A DNA stretch of 64,000 nt, taken from NCBI GenBank assembly GCA_001938485.1, contig MQRK01186363.1, positions 9,320 to 73,319 of the forward strand. Reading direction: 5' to 3'. Source of the DNA: Girardia tigrina. Its lineage: Eukaryota. A model generated the notes under the pieces. It ran no database searches and was not told where the DNA came from. It saw only the letters and a list, made by a program, of their open reading frames with translations. This document shows positions 38,300 through 49,296 of the stretch, piece after piece (the stretch's first letter is position 1; every line of letters starts with the position of its first letter). The position numbers were made by a program, and so were the translations under genes.

Positions 38300-39263
38300 T
38301 TTGGAAAGATTAATATTTCTTTATCCAATTATTTTAATCAATTCAACACCTAAAGATTCTTTTAAAATATTTACTAGGCATTGAATTTATTGTCCAAAGT
38401 TAATTTTGATACCATTAATATCCACAATGTTCATTCCATTTCATAGAGTCTCTTCATCTAATTTTATCGTTTATTTATTTCCAGAATTTTTTGTAAAAAA
38501 AATTAGAAGTAATAATTGAATAAAAGTGAGTGACGTATTTTTTATTGATTTATGTTTTATTCACAAATAACTTTAAAAAGTAAAACAATATTATTGTTCT
38601 TCGTTTTTTATATAATTTGCGAAAATGAAAAATAATATATATCAATTTTCCTTTCAACCTACAAATTGTTGAATTCTTTGAAAACAAGCTGTTTTTTATT
38701 TATAAATTTAAAATAATTTATACTACGAATTTCGACATTATTAAAAATGAATAATATTTTGATTGAATCAAAACAAATATCTTTTGAGAAGTAAAACATA
38801 CTCAATTGTATCGAAAGATCAAAGTTTTTGAAGTAAAATAATCTTTCATGGACAATATCTACAAAATCTTTAATCTTAAATTAAAACTATTTTTTTAAGC
38901 ATAAAGTCTAGACGTTTTATTACAATCTTCAAGGGACCGATTAAAATGGATCATCGTATACGAGCTAATGAAAATCATAGATATAATAACATTTTGTAAG
39001 AATAAAATTAAAATAAATGCTAAAATCCTATACCTATTTTTTAATCTTGAGATTCTTCCTTCTTAACACCCTAATTCGTAAGTTTATTAAATAGAACAAA
39101 ATTGTTAACTAATCATTATCGTAATCCCTATTTTCTAATCATTATTTTTTTTGTGCTATATAATATAAGTAAAAATGTAAAGAAAGAATCCTAATAAGCG
39201 GTACTAGTTTGTGTTTTCTGGTTGTCTGCATTTAATATATAAACTATTGGAAATTCTTTCAAA

Positions 39264-39668
39264 TTACTTTTGTTGAGCAACGTTTCGGGCCCATAGGAAC
39301 GCGCTCCAATCTTCAATCTCCCAATCGTCAATTGTGGTCCTTAAGAGGACCGTATTTCTTTCGCAATTATTTGAATCACTTGAGGAACCACTGATGAAAT
39401 AATCTGGTTGAAAATATTCCCCAAGATTCGAATTCGGTAGGTAATCGAGAGTGGTACTTTTCAATTCAACCATGACGCTGATCAGCACACACTTTTCATG
39501 AATTCCAGAAACAACTTTTTCTTTTCTTGTCAACTTTCTTTTCTCAGGAGTCGTCATCGAATCGTCTTCGTCTGTTAGATTTTCAATCAACGGTTGTCCT
39601 TGCTGTAAATCTTCAATCGCTTCATCGAAAATGCTTTCCTTAACGCTGTCACTGTAACTTCTTGTCAT
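39264..39668 (-). CDS. Orphan 134-aa acidic protein, intact single ORF
   Basis: ATG to TAA, GC-richer than the flanks, preceded by A-rich sequence (TCAAATG). No family recognised. Confidence 0.45.
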   Translation of the reverse strand: MTRSYSDSVKESIFDEAIEDLQQGQPLIENLTDEDDSMTTPEKRKLTRKEKVVSGIHEKCVLISVMVELKSTTLDYLPNSNLGEYFQPDYFISGSSSDSNNCERNTVLLRTTIDDWEIEDWSAFLWARNVAQQK

Positions 39669-40019
39669 TTGATTTAATAATTAAAAAATCAATATCTTAA
39701 TATATCTTTTTTTGATATCAAAATTTTATTATTTTTAACTGAAATATTAAAACAAATCACATTTCTGTTCATCATTTAAACCTTTTTTTTCTTTACATTT
39801 TTCATAAAAACTTTTCTTACATATATACAAAAGTAATTTTAAGTAATAATTTTCTTTTTTAATTTTACCCATTAATTTAATTTCTTTTTGTTTTTTACAT
39901 ATATATATATATATATACACACACACATATATATATATATATAATTCATTGGAATTGGAATTAAATTTTTGGAATTTATTTTTTTATTTAACATTTAATA
40001 TATAAACTATTCTAAAAGA

Positions 40020-40592
40020 AAAAAGGTTTGACCTTTCTCGCGGTAACATTTCGAACAGAACAAGATTTTAATTTTCAACATAATAGTTTTGTATATCTTA
40101 TTTATAAAAATGATTATCTGTTTAACTGTTCACACACTATTTGAAGAAGGCATGACCAAATGCAACCAAACTTTCCACAAATCTTCTTCATACGCATGTG
40201 CAAGTTAACTTTACCTTTTCTTCGAAACGAAATTAATGTTCCACTGGAAAAAGTTCACCTTTTTCCTGTTCGCTAAGCGTTTGAAAGTTAAACTTTCCAA
40301 ACTTTCCACAAATCTTTTTCTGTTGAAAAACTTTGTTTTATTACACGTTTACTGCATATTTGTTGTAGAAGGCAAAGGTTGGGAAAGAGTCTTATCTAAA
40401 AAGAAATCAAGCCAGCTTTGTTAATGACCGAAATGACTGCATTATTTCAAAATATGAAAGAATCTTGTTAGTGAAGGTGACATCTGAATACGCATTTACT
40501 ATTATTCTTTTGATCTACTTTAAAATTACCAACAATAATTTAAATGCGGACTTTAAATTTTTCTCAATGTATGGTGGGTACCTCCACTAGTT
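40020..40592 (+). repeat. Possible non-autonomous Helitron/Helentron-like repeat
   Basis: Internal duplicated CCAAACTTTCCACAAATCTT and a 3' end GGGTACCTCCACTAGT followed by T. Confidence 0.3.
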
Positions 40593-41344
40593 TTTTAATA
40601 TTAATGTAATGATTACATTACAACTAAAATATAAGGACGTGGTTTACCTTATTTGGCCTTATGGTGTATCCCGGTGGTTGGGTGACCCATTTTTTTCTGA
40701 CGCTGACCGATATCATCCAAAATGTCGACACCTGTGAATGTCTCAGACTATGTGTTCAGGGGCAAAATGTATCACTGAGTTAGTTCCGGTCAGTTTGAAC
40801 TTTCTGTATTTGAAGTTTTCTGGCATTTTCCTGCCAGAAACGTAAGAAAAGAAAACCATTGTTTACTTTTCAAGTCTTTTAACCTAGGCGTTGACTCTGC
40901 TTCAAGCGAGTAAGAATGTTTTAATTCCCGGGTGAATCTGAACTTTTTGATTTCGACAGGTTTCACTTTTAGTTCCACGTTTAGCATATAAAATTAATTG
41001 CAGTACTTTACGAATGCAAAAAATTAACAAGCCCGATGGAAAATAAACGATTAATTTGATTTATATTTACACAATTTTCAATTTTAATACAAAATCCTTG
41101 ACTGCATTTAAACAATTGCATTATAATTTTCAATTAATTTACAATATTTTTTTTATTTGTTATGGGAAAGAAAGAAAAACGAAGCACAACATGAATCAAA
41201 AGTTACATTTAAAATTTATATTTAAAAATTATTTATAATGAATTATATATTAAAAATAAAAAGAAATTAATTATTATATTTTATTTAATTTATTTGTTTA
41301 TCAAACAAAATGCAAATTTAAAAATAACGAAACTGAGAAACTGT

Positions 41345-41690
41345 CAACACGAGGTATCATGCTTCCGAAGGTATGAATGCTTTCAATCCATCTTTTAAAG
41401 TTCTAACCATACGTTCAGCTTAACCATTCGACTATGAATGATAAGCTGGATGTTTGATCATTTGGCAAGTAATACAGTGTAACCAACTATGTAGACTTTC
41501 ATCATTGAATTCAATTGTATTGTCTGAAACTAAAGTTTTTGAACACTATTTCAAGCAAATATAGTTTAAAGTATACTTTACTTCTATCGCCTCTAGCGAT
41601 CCACGAAACGAATTTACCAAATAATTTTAAATTTTGACTTTGTTCGTAACCATGGCTTATATAAACTAGACACCACGCTTCATTCTTATG
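41345..41690 (-). pseudogene. Decayed Gypsy integrase fragment
   Basis: HPAYHS*SNG*AERMVRTLKDGLK. Confidence 0.7.
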
Positions 41691-42037
41691 AGGAGTTTGT
41701 AAAATTTTTATTTCGCCTAAAAAGTTAAGATGTTTTTAAATCAAAATTTTTAAAAAAATTAAATAATTCCCTAAGTTTTAAAATTTACAAAAACCTAAAA
41801 AGGCTTTTTTTTGAATAAAAACAAAAATAAAATTTTTATATAAAACCAAAAAAATGTTTACATAAATAACAATTCATATATTTTAATTTAAAATAATTAA
41901 TAAAAAATTAAAAATAAGAATTTAAAAATAAAAACTAAACAGATTTACATTTATAATATTTTTGAAAAATAATTTTATAAATACAGTGTTTTTAGTAAAT
42001 TAAAATTTTATAGTTTTATGATAAAAATTTATAAATA

Positions 42038-42708
42038 CACTAAGGCCCCGGTTTGCGTCTCTATTCAGTTCCGAAAGTTGATACGCTAAATGAGTTTCGA
42101 CGCATAACGAATATGTGGTAATATTGATCAGAAAGACTATTAAAATATATCTCTCTAAATAAAAATCAAAATAAAACAAATGTTTATCAAGAAATAGTAC
42201 GAAAATTGGGCTCTTAATCCATTAAATTTAATTAATAATATAAAATCAGTAAAAAGTAAGTGTGCATTATAAATATATCCCCAATGTTAGAAGTGATTCC
42301 ATTCTGACCATTAAAGTGGATCTGTTGCGTGTATATTGTCGGGATAACAATTGCGTGGAATTTTTCCCACATTCCTTTTTTTCGAAGCATCTCGGTTTCG
42401 AATGCTTTTAACTGTCGATACTGGCAACGTAAGAGACCTTGCAATATCTACAGCCGTATGTCCACGATCAAAGCGCTTAAGTATATCCAACTTTATATCT
42501 AGCGTTAAAGCCTTTCTGGAAGATTTGCGTTTACTACTCATGCCCATATTAAATTTTGTTATTATTAAAACAAATTTAATGTTTAAATTAATGTTAATTA
42601 ATTAATTAATTAATTTAATGTTAAATTTTATATGGCAAAAAATAAAAAATCAATCGACGCAAAAGCGAATAGACGCATAACGAATAGAAGCATAGCGGGG
42701 CTTTAGTG
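42038..42708 (-). mobile_element. Non-autonomous pogo/Tigger element retaining only the CENP-B-type N-terminal HTH ORF (42311-42547)
   Basis: TA on both sides; TIR CACTAAGGCCCCG versus CACTAAAGCCCCG; RKALTLDIKLDILKRFDRGHTAVDIARSLTLPVSTVKSI. Confidence 0.88.
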
Positions 42709-43098
42709 TATAATTTAAAAATAAATTTTATAATTTTAAGGTAAATTTTACAAATTAAATTGAGAGAAAAATTTAATAAATTATATTTGGGAGAAACGAT
42801 TAACAAGAAATGTATATTATTTTTGTTAATAAAGTTTTGCGATAAATATGACTTCTGAAATTTCGGACAATGAAAATGGCATAAATGCTACTTACAATTC
42901 TCACTTGGCCATTTATAAGAGTAAAACCAAACTTTTGTTTTTGAAGTTTGACAAGTTGAACATTATTTAATATATTTTTCGATATTATCTGAGGATCCTT
43001 GCTAGAGTGGAATATTTGTTATTTTGACCGAACAATTTTGCCAGTTTAGGAAAAATACATAAATAAATTATATAAAATATATAATTAATAAAAATAAT

Positions 43099-43197
43099 TG
43101 TAATTCCAGCAACGAAAAATAATGATTTATTTCAACGACAAAAGAATGATTTTTAAAATCGAGAATATTCAAACAAAATAATATGTGTCATTCTACA
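43099..43197 (-). repeat. 3' LTR (99 bp)
   Basis: Direct repeat of 46734-46832, adjacent to the PPT. Confidence 0.93.
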
Positions 43198-44203
43198 TCT
43201 CCCCCAGATTCGGCAGAATCTATATCGTCCCATGAGACGTAGTTCTTAGAATTTAGATGAACAAAGAGTTCCTTTACTTGTTTGATCGGTTAAGTTAACG
43301 ATCAACTTCAATCTAGGCTTCTACCTATACAGGAATTCAACTGGTGGTCTATTGTTTATTCCGGGGGTGTTATTCATCCAGTAAACCGCTTCCTGAATCC
43401 ATTTTCCAGCTCTCACAGCCAACGCTTTGACAATCCGGTGGCTTCTTTCGATAATTCTATTCCCACTCGGTCTGTTCACGGCTAGATACCGGACATTGAT
43501 ATTCCAGGCCTTCATCTCAGCAGTAAAAGCTTCGGAATGGAAAGACAAATAATTATCTGCTAATAACTCGACAGGGGCTCCCCGTTCGAAAAATACATTT
43601 CTCAGATTCTTAATGACTTCCTGTGCTCCTTCGTCTCTAATGAGTCTCCAAATTGCAAATCGCGAACAGCCAACAGTCAATGATGATAAGATACCTGGAC
43701 TCCTTGAACTTTGTGACATCAATTGCTATTCTTTTCCAAGTTTCAGCGACAAGCAAACTCCTTTTTTCCCATCGAACATGTGCTGGATCGATAGATTGAC
43801 ACCAGTTACACTGAAGGATGATTTGAAGAATTTTTTCATCGCTGATGTTAACGTTAAATTCCTTCGCTAGAAAAATTGATCTCTGAAATCCTATGTGCGT
43901 TTCGTCATGAATCTGTTTAAATCTCTCGTTATCCGATTCTAAGGAAGCCGATAGAACATTGTCATCTCCCGTTGGGCGACTTAAAAAAGACAATTGAAAG
44001 GGAATTCTCGTTAAGATGTCGGCATCGTTCTTCTCAGACCTGACGTAGACTACACGCAGCTTCAAATTATACTCGGAAACAATATCTTTGAGTAGATTCA
44101 GTCTTCTACGAATCAATAGCTCAGAAACCGCTTTAATCTTGTTTCTTTGCATGTTATAGATCACACTCGATATCCATCCACAAATAACCTGACTGTCTCA
44201 ACT

Positions 44204-44368
44204 TGTGATATTAAAATGAATAATTAAAAAACGCATGATTAATTATAATCGAATATTTGTTTTAATATTCGATGTAATGTAGTTTTCAAAAAAAATATAT
44301 ATTAATCGTCAATTGCATTTATTGATTTTTGATTATCGTATCATTAATATTATTGTCATAATATAACA
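44204..44368. mobile_element. 165-bp solo LTR inserted in the RNase H region
   Basis: TGTGATATTA...TAATATAACA termini with a perfect 5-bp duplication CAACT (44199-44203 and 44369-44373). AT-rich island inside the coding sequence. Confidence 0.85.
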
Positions 44369-45899
44369 CAACTCAATATCCGAAAACCCCTATGCAATCG
44401 CTAGGTTTTTACAGCATTTTACAGCCACTTCTAACTCAACTAAGTTGATATGTCGGCAGTCATTCACGAAGCAAAGAAGCATCCTCGATTCTCTGCCAAT
44501 CTACATCTAAACAAACGCCCAGAGCCAACGTACTGGCATCACACCAAAGGATGACTCTACTATCGTCTTTCACAGACCAAGTTCCACTGGCCTTTATTTT
44601 TTCTACCAAATCTCCAATCGCTTTCTTCAATTATTCGCGAATCGGACTATCTCTATCTCCAATAGACTGACATTTAAGAAACGACTTTGCAACACGTAAC
44701 CAGCCGCAAATTGGATTGATTCCGGTGATTTTTCGACAGAAGAATTACAGATCTCACCTAGTTTTGACCTCGTCCAGATTTAACTGAAGTCTGTTTGCCC
44801 GTCTCCAGCGACGTGTGCCGTAATTGTCTCGAAACACTTTCCAGCACTTGTTTCTTGTTGAAATTTCTCCGGATCTTTCGAGACTAATTCGTACTTTAGC
44901 AAATGATCTTTACCTTTTTCTACTGGAACTATACTTTCGTCCACAAAAATATCGTCTATATACACGACAGCAGCTTCATTGAACTTGGAATTCAGTGACA
45001 GCACCTTCTTCACAATTTTTGTCATAAAAGTTGAGCCCACATTCAGCCAGAAGTCCATTCTAGTTAATGCATACCTATTGTTTTTATAAAACACTGTTTG
45101 ATACGGTAACATCTTATCCTCGACGAACATTTGCATGTACACGTCCTTCAAGTCTAACATTGCACACTTACCAGACTTTTTTCTCCGTTTCCGGAGCTTC
45201 TCACAGCAAACTGCACTGTTGCCACTATACATATCCACATACTCATTAATATGTCAAAAATCGAAAACGGATTTGATCTTGTCTTTATTAATCTGAACCA
45301 CCTGAAAAATTTGAATAGTGTACTTAGGAGGCCCGAATCTTTGTTCATCTTGCAATATTAAAAATCCTTTCTCAATCCACTGTTCCATTACCTCCTCAAA
45401 CTTGTCTTTGGCGGATTAACTAACACTGCGGATTTACTACACCAATAATCAAATTTGGGTTCCTCCCCTATTGATCATTTACATTTCAGCCTCCAACACC
45501 GGTCAACCAATACCTCGAAATTCTTCTCCGTAATTTTTAATCGGTCGGCCCTTTCTCTATCACAATCATCAATTGTAACGCAATCCATTTTCTCACAACC
45601 AGAAACCGCTTCTTTATCAATTGTCACACCCCCCCCTCCCCAGCTGTTGGATCACGTCGAAACTAATGATGGCGTTAAACCCCGGCAGCAATTTATCAAC
45701 AATCAAACCCCGGCAATGCATTTAACATCACCGATCACCACCTCAAACTTACTTTAGGCTCGCACTTTAATGCCATCTATCATTGTGATCCACCTGTCAA
45801 ATTTCTCCGGTGTACCCACGACAATGGTTCTAGACACGCCAGAATCAATTAACACATCCACCTAACGACCGTTTATAATAAGATACCTAGTAATTAACT

Positions 45900-45954
45900 T
45901 CGCTCCAGGAGTACACCCGGCCTCTACTTCGACGTACTCCGGTCCTCGTTTCCC
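45900..45954 (-). promoter_or_regulatory. -1 frameshift signal: G GGA AAC plus downstream stem
   Basis: Heptamer at 45954-45948 in gag phase. The -1 frame GKRGPEYVEVEAGCTPGAKLITRYL leads into the protease. A GGAGTAC/GTACTCC stem starts 7 nt downstream. Confidence 0.75.
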
Positions 45955-46721
45955 GCATGACAATTTCTGGCAGAATGACCATTACCATCACATGATTTAC
46001 ATTTTAGCCCGTTACTACACTCGTAGACGAAATGACCTTTCTAGTATCTAACGTTGGACTTTGAAAATGATAAGGAGCTTTTCGAACGGTTTCCTTCTGC
46101 CGATCTGACCTCACTATCATTTGATTCATGTGACCTAGCGTGGACTTTAGCCTTGCCAGAATTAAAATCACCACACTCTCCCGAGATGTTAGCTCGAGAC
46201 GCGACCTTCTATACGTCCGGTAGACCGCTCCTTTCGACCTTCAGCAGCTCCCTGGCTAGCATCAACATCTCCGAGAGCGACGTAACCTGGCTTCGTCTGA
46301 TCTCCCTCTTGACATCCACCGGCAGGCCATTGTAAAAGGCACATACGGGTATATTTTTAATACATCGAGCAATTAAATTGATTTCAGTACAATACTCATT
46401 GACGGTCTCACCGACTTTCAATTTACGATCCAACAACTGCTCAAAAGCGTCGAACTCATCTGCATCGAACGCTTTAATTAAAACTGACATACTTGCTCCT
46501 AGCTTCTCTGCTTCTCATCGATATTTTCGCAGATCTTGAATACTCCCTCTTGATCTTGAATTTCCTCGAGGAATAACGGTAAGATTTTAGCCAACTCTTT
46601 GGGATCGGAAATTCCCTGACACCCGGCAATGATTTCGAACTTCGTTCTCCTTTCTCTTATTGGAGTCAACTTTCCGTTGAATCGAGGAATAACGGCCAAT
46701 AACATTTTTAGATCCATATTT

Positions 46722-46733
46722 GCCCGGATAGCT
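46722..46733 (-). promoter_or_regulatory. Atypical primer-binding site complementary to nt 1-12 of tRNA-Lys(UUU)
   Basis: The element strand reads AGCTATCCGGGC immediately after the 5' LTR; its complement is GCCCGGATAGCT. Confidence 0.7.
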
Positions 46734-46832
46734 TGTAATTCCAGAAACGACAAATTATGATTTATTTCAATGACAAAAGAATGATTTTTAAAATCGAGAA
46801 TATTCAAACAAAATAATATGTCTCATTCTACA
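46734..46832 (-). repeat. 5' LTR (99 bp)
   Basis: Direct repeat of 43099-43197. The gag ATG at 46717 is only 16 nt downstream. Confidence 0.93.
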
Positions 46833-48232
46833 TATTATTTTTAATTAAATAATTAAAAATAGAATCAAATAAAGTAAATCAAGTAAATTTAAATAAAATA
46901 AATTAATTAAATTAATGAAAATCATTTTTTTAAAAAAGTAATAAATTAAATATTAAATAAATAAAGTAAAAAAAGTATTTAATGTTAATTAATTAAATAA
47001 CATTAAAAATTAATAATACAATTTATTCATTGCTGAGATCAATTCAACTAATTTGAAAATTTCTTTGTCTTTCTTTGTTATCGCTTTGCATTGGGATTAA
47101 TTGGAAGAAATGTGAATGCATGTGCGTTGATTGTGTAATTATCGATCAAATATCCATTAGCATGTATGTGTGTTTGATATGATTAATATGTTGAATGTGG
47201 ATGAATATGTGTTTGCGGTGAGAAAATATGGATTTATTTCACAATTAACAATTTTGTGAAAGAAATGTGTAAAAGTTGTCAACGTAGTGTTGAAATGTAA
47301 TGTTTTATTTCTATTTCAATAAAAGTTGTGTGAACTTTAAATATTTGTTTGAATTTGAACAATCAATATTTCTATTGACCAAAACCCTTTTTTCTGATTC
47401 TCAAACATCAGTTATTTTAAGTTCCAATTCTTTTAGATCTAGTCAAACTTTTTATTCCTTTAAAAAACTGAGAAATACACCACACAATTTAATGCAGAAA
47501 TCTCTTAGTTTTGCCTTTGAAATATATATAAAATTCCCAAAAAGAAAGTTCATTATACTTAAATATTTGATAAAATATCAAAATATAAATAAATTATTTT
47601 AGAAATACACGGTACTAAAAGTAATAAATGTTTTTTGTATAAATGTATTAATACTCTTTTTGAAAGCGTTAACAGATGATTAATTAATTATTTTATGATT
47701 ATTAATTAACAATTTTCATACTTCAGATTAAAATATTTAAAAAAAAACTAAAGTAGAATTATAAAATAGAATTAACATTAGCGAATCGCCATGTTCATCG
47801 ATACTCTTAAACGGATATTCGATATTTGTTTAATTAAACTGATTTATTTTTGAAATTTTCTTGGAAAAAATAAATAACTGTAAATATAATAACAATGATT
47901 TGACTAGGGAAAATAAAAACCACCCATATGCATAATTTGAATTATAGATTTATAATTTAATGATAAAAAAACTTCTCGTATACAGTAAATATACAGTAAC
48001 ACAGCATCCGCCTCCTTTCGCAGCAGTCTGCTATATTACCATTATCCGAATGAAGCAATTTGAATCTTTTTTTAGAATTTTTTGTACGAAAATCCTTTTT
48101 TTTAAAAGAGAATATTTATTTTTCTAAAATTTTAATTTATTTCAAAAGGAAAATTATTGTTTTTAATTTAATGATTGTTTGTTTTGTATTTAATGCAAAA
48201 CTCAAACGGATGATACTACTTAAAAATATATA

Positions 48233-48700
48233 CAGTCGAATCTCTTTATTTACCATATTTCCCTTGCACATGAGGCTTTTTCAACAAAAAACATCTATTA
48301 TTTACCATTATTAAAAAAAGATATTTATGATATAGTAACTTCATATATTAAATTTGATTGCTAAAATTTAATTTGTTTTTATTTTTGATCAAATTGTTTA
48401 AATATCTTTTAGGTTTCCATTGAGAAGAAGTAGAATTAATCTAAATATGTCTACAATTTATATTAATTTTAGAATACAATATTCAAAATGTCACCAAAAG
48501 AAAACACTTATAAACGGTTAAAAACAAACAAAAAATTAAAATTATTATATATGCGAAGGAAAACAAAACTGCATCACATACAAGAATTACTGAAATATTT
48601 TCTGAGATATTTGGAAAAATATTGCAAGAAGAAACATATTAAATTATTTAAATTCCGAAAAAGATATAAGATTTTTTTGCTCTACCAAAAAGTTTAGTTT
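48233..48700 (+). mobile_element. pogo-like element 5' remnant
   Basis: TA-CAGTCGAATCTC terminus and a decayed CENP-B-like N-terminus from ATG 48488 (PK...KIKIIIYAKENKTASH). Confidence 0.5.
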
Positions 48701-48852
48701 AAATTACTATATACTTAATGATTCATACTTTTTTAAAAATCATTTTTATGTGCAAAAGAAAATACAATAAAATGGTAAGTGATTAAGACTTTAATAATAT
48801 AGTTTACTTTATCTGAATATAGAATATAAATATCAAAAATGTCATTCTTAAG

Positions 48853-49296
48853 TAGTCAATGGACGCAGTAGGGTGCACCGGATCTCATCCGATCTTCGAA
48901 GTTAAGCAACCCAAGGCCGCGTTAGTAATCGGGTGACCGGTAGAAAAATCGCGTGGCCATTGACTACAGGTGAGGTCAGGCAAGCTGTCTTCTACAGGTA
49001 ACCTGTAAAACCTATCCCATGGTCGAATGGTTGGCGACTAAACCGGCTTCCTCACCCAGAGAAACCTGGGTGAAGAGGGTGTGTAGACACCTAGCAGGAT
49101 AAAAACAAAACCTAGCAAAGGGCGGATGAGCTCCTTGGAGCCAACGGCCATCTCTACCTGTAGTGAAGATAGGCGCCACCAGGTATTTTGTCTACTGAAA
49201 CACTCTATAATATGCAAAAAAACCAAGCTATATGCTTGTGCATGATTGAGTGCATCCACGGCATAACGGCTACGGTACCAAAACAAAACAAAAAAA
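48853..49296 (+). mobile_element. 5S-rRNA-headed repeat (SINE3-like), copy B
   Basis: Head 48853-48966 has terminal stem TAGTCAATGG/CCATTGACTA, CCGGATCTCATCCGATCT, box A-like AGTTAAGCAA, and GTTAGTA..GGGTGACCG. It is followed by about 330 bp of body and an A-rich tract. Confidence 0.85.

Larger units (their letters stand above)
43099..46832 (-). mobile_element. Compact LTR retrotransposon (gag-PR-RT-RH-IN order) with 99-bp LTRs, degenerate
   Basis: LTRs 43099-43197 and 46734-46832 (TG...CA, 5 mismatches in 99 bp); PPT GGGGGAGA at 43205-43198; gag knuckle CKSCDGNGHSARNC; LIDSGVS; LDLKDVYMQ...YIDDIFV; integrase HDETH..CNWC and LADN..SGNRIIERSHR. Confidence 0.93.

Noticed and set aside
47300-48314. 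F/K/I/L-rich ORFs at 47300 and 48060 (also 15008, 41056, 42621, 51039, 57922)
   Set aside because: Low-complexity translations expected by chance in very AT-rich DNA.
48853-48966. Functional 5S rRNA gene
   Set aside because: Shortened and divergent, with no oligo-T terminator. It is not tandem, and the second copy is partly deleted while sharing a long non-5S body.
49020-49100. HDV-like ribozyme in the body of the 5S-headed repeat
   Set aside because: Hairpins are present, but I could not assign the nested double pseudoknot (P1, P1.1, P2, P3) by eye.
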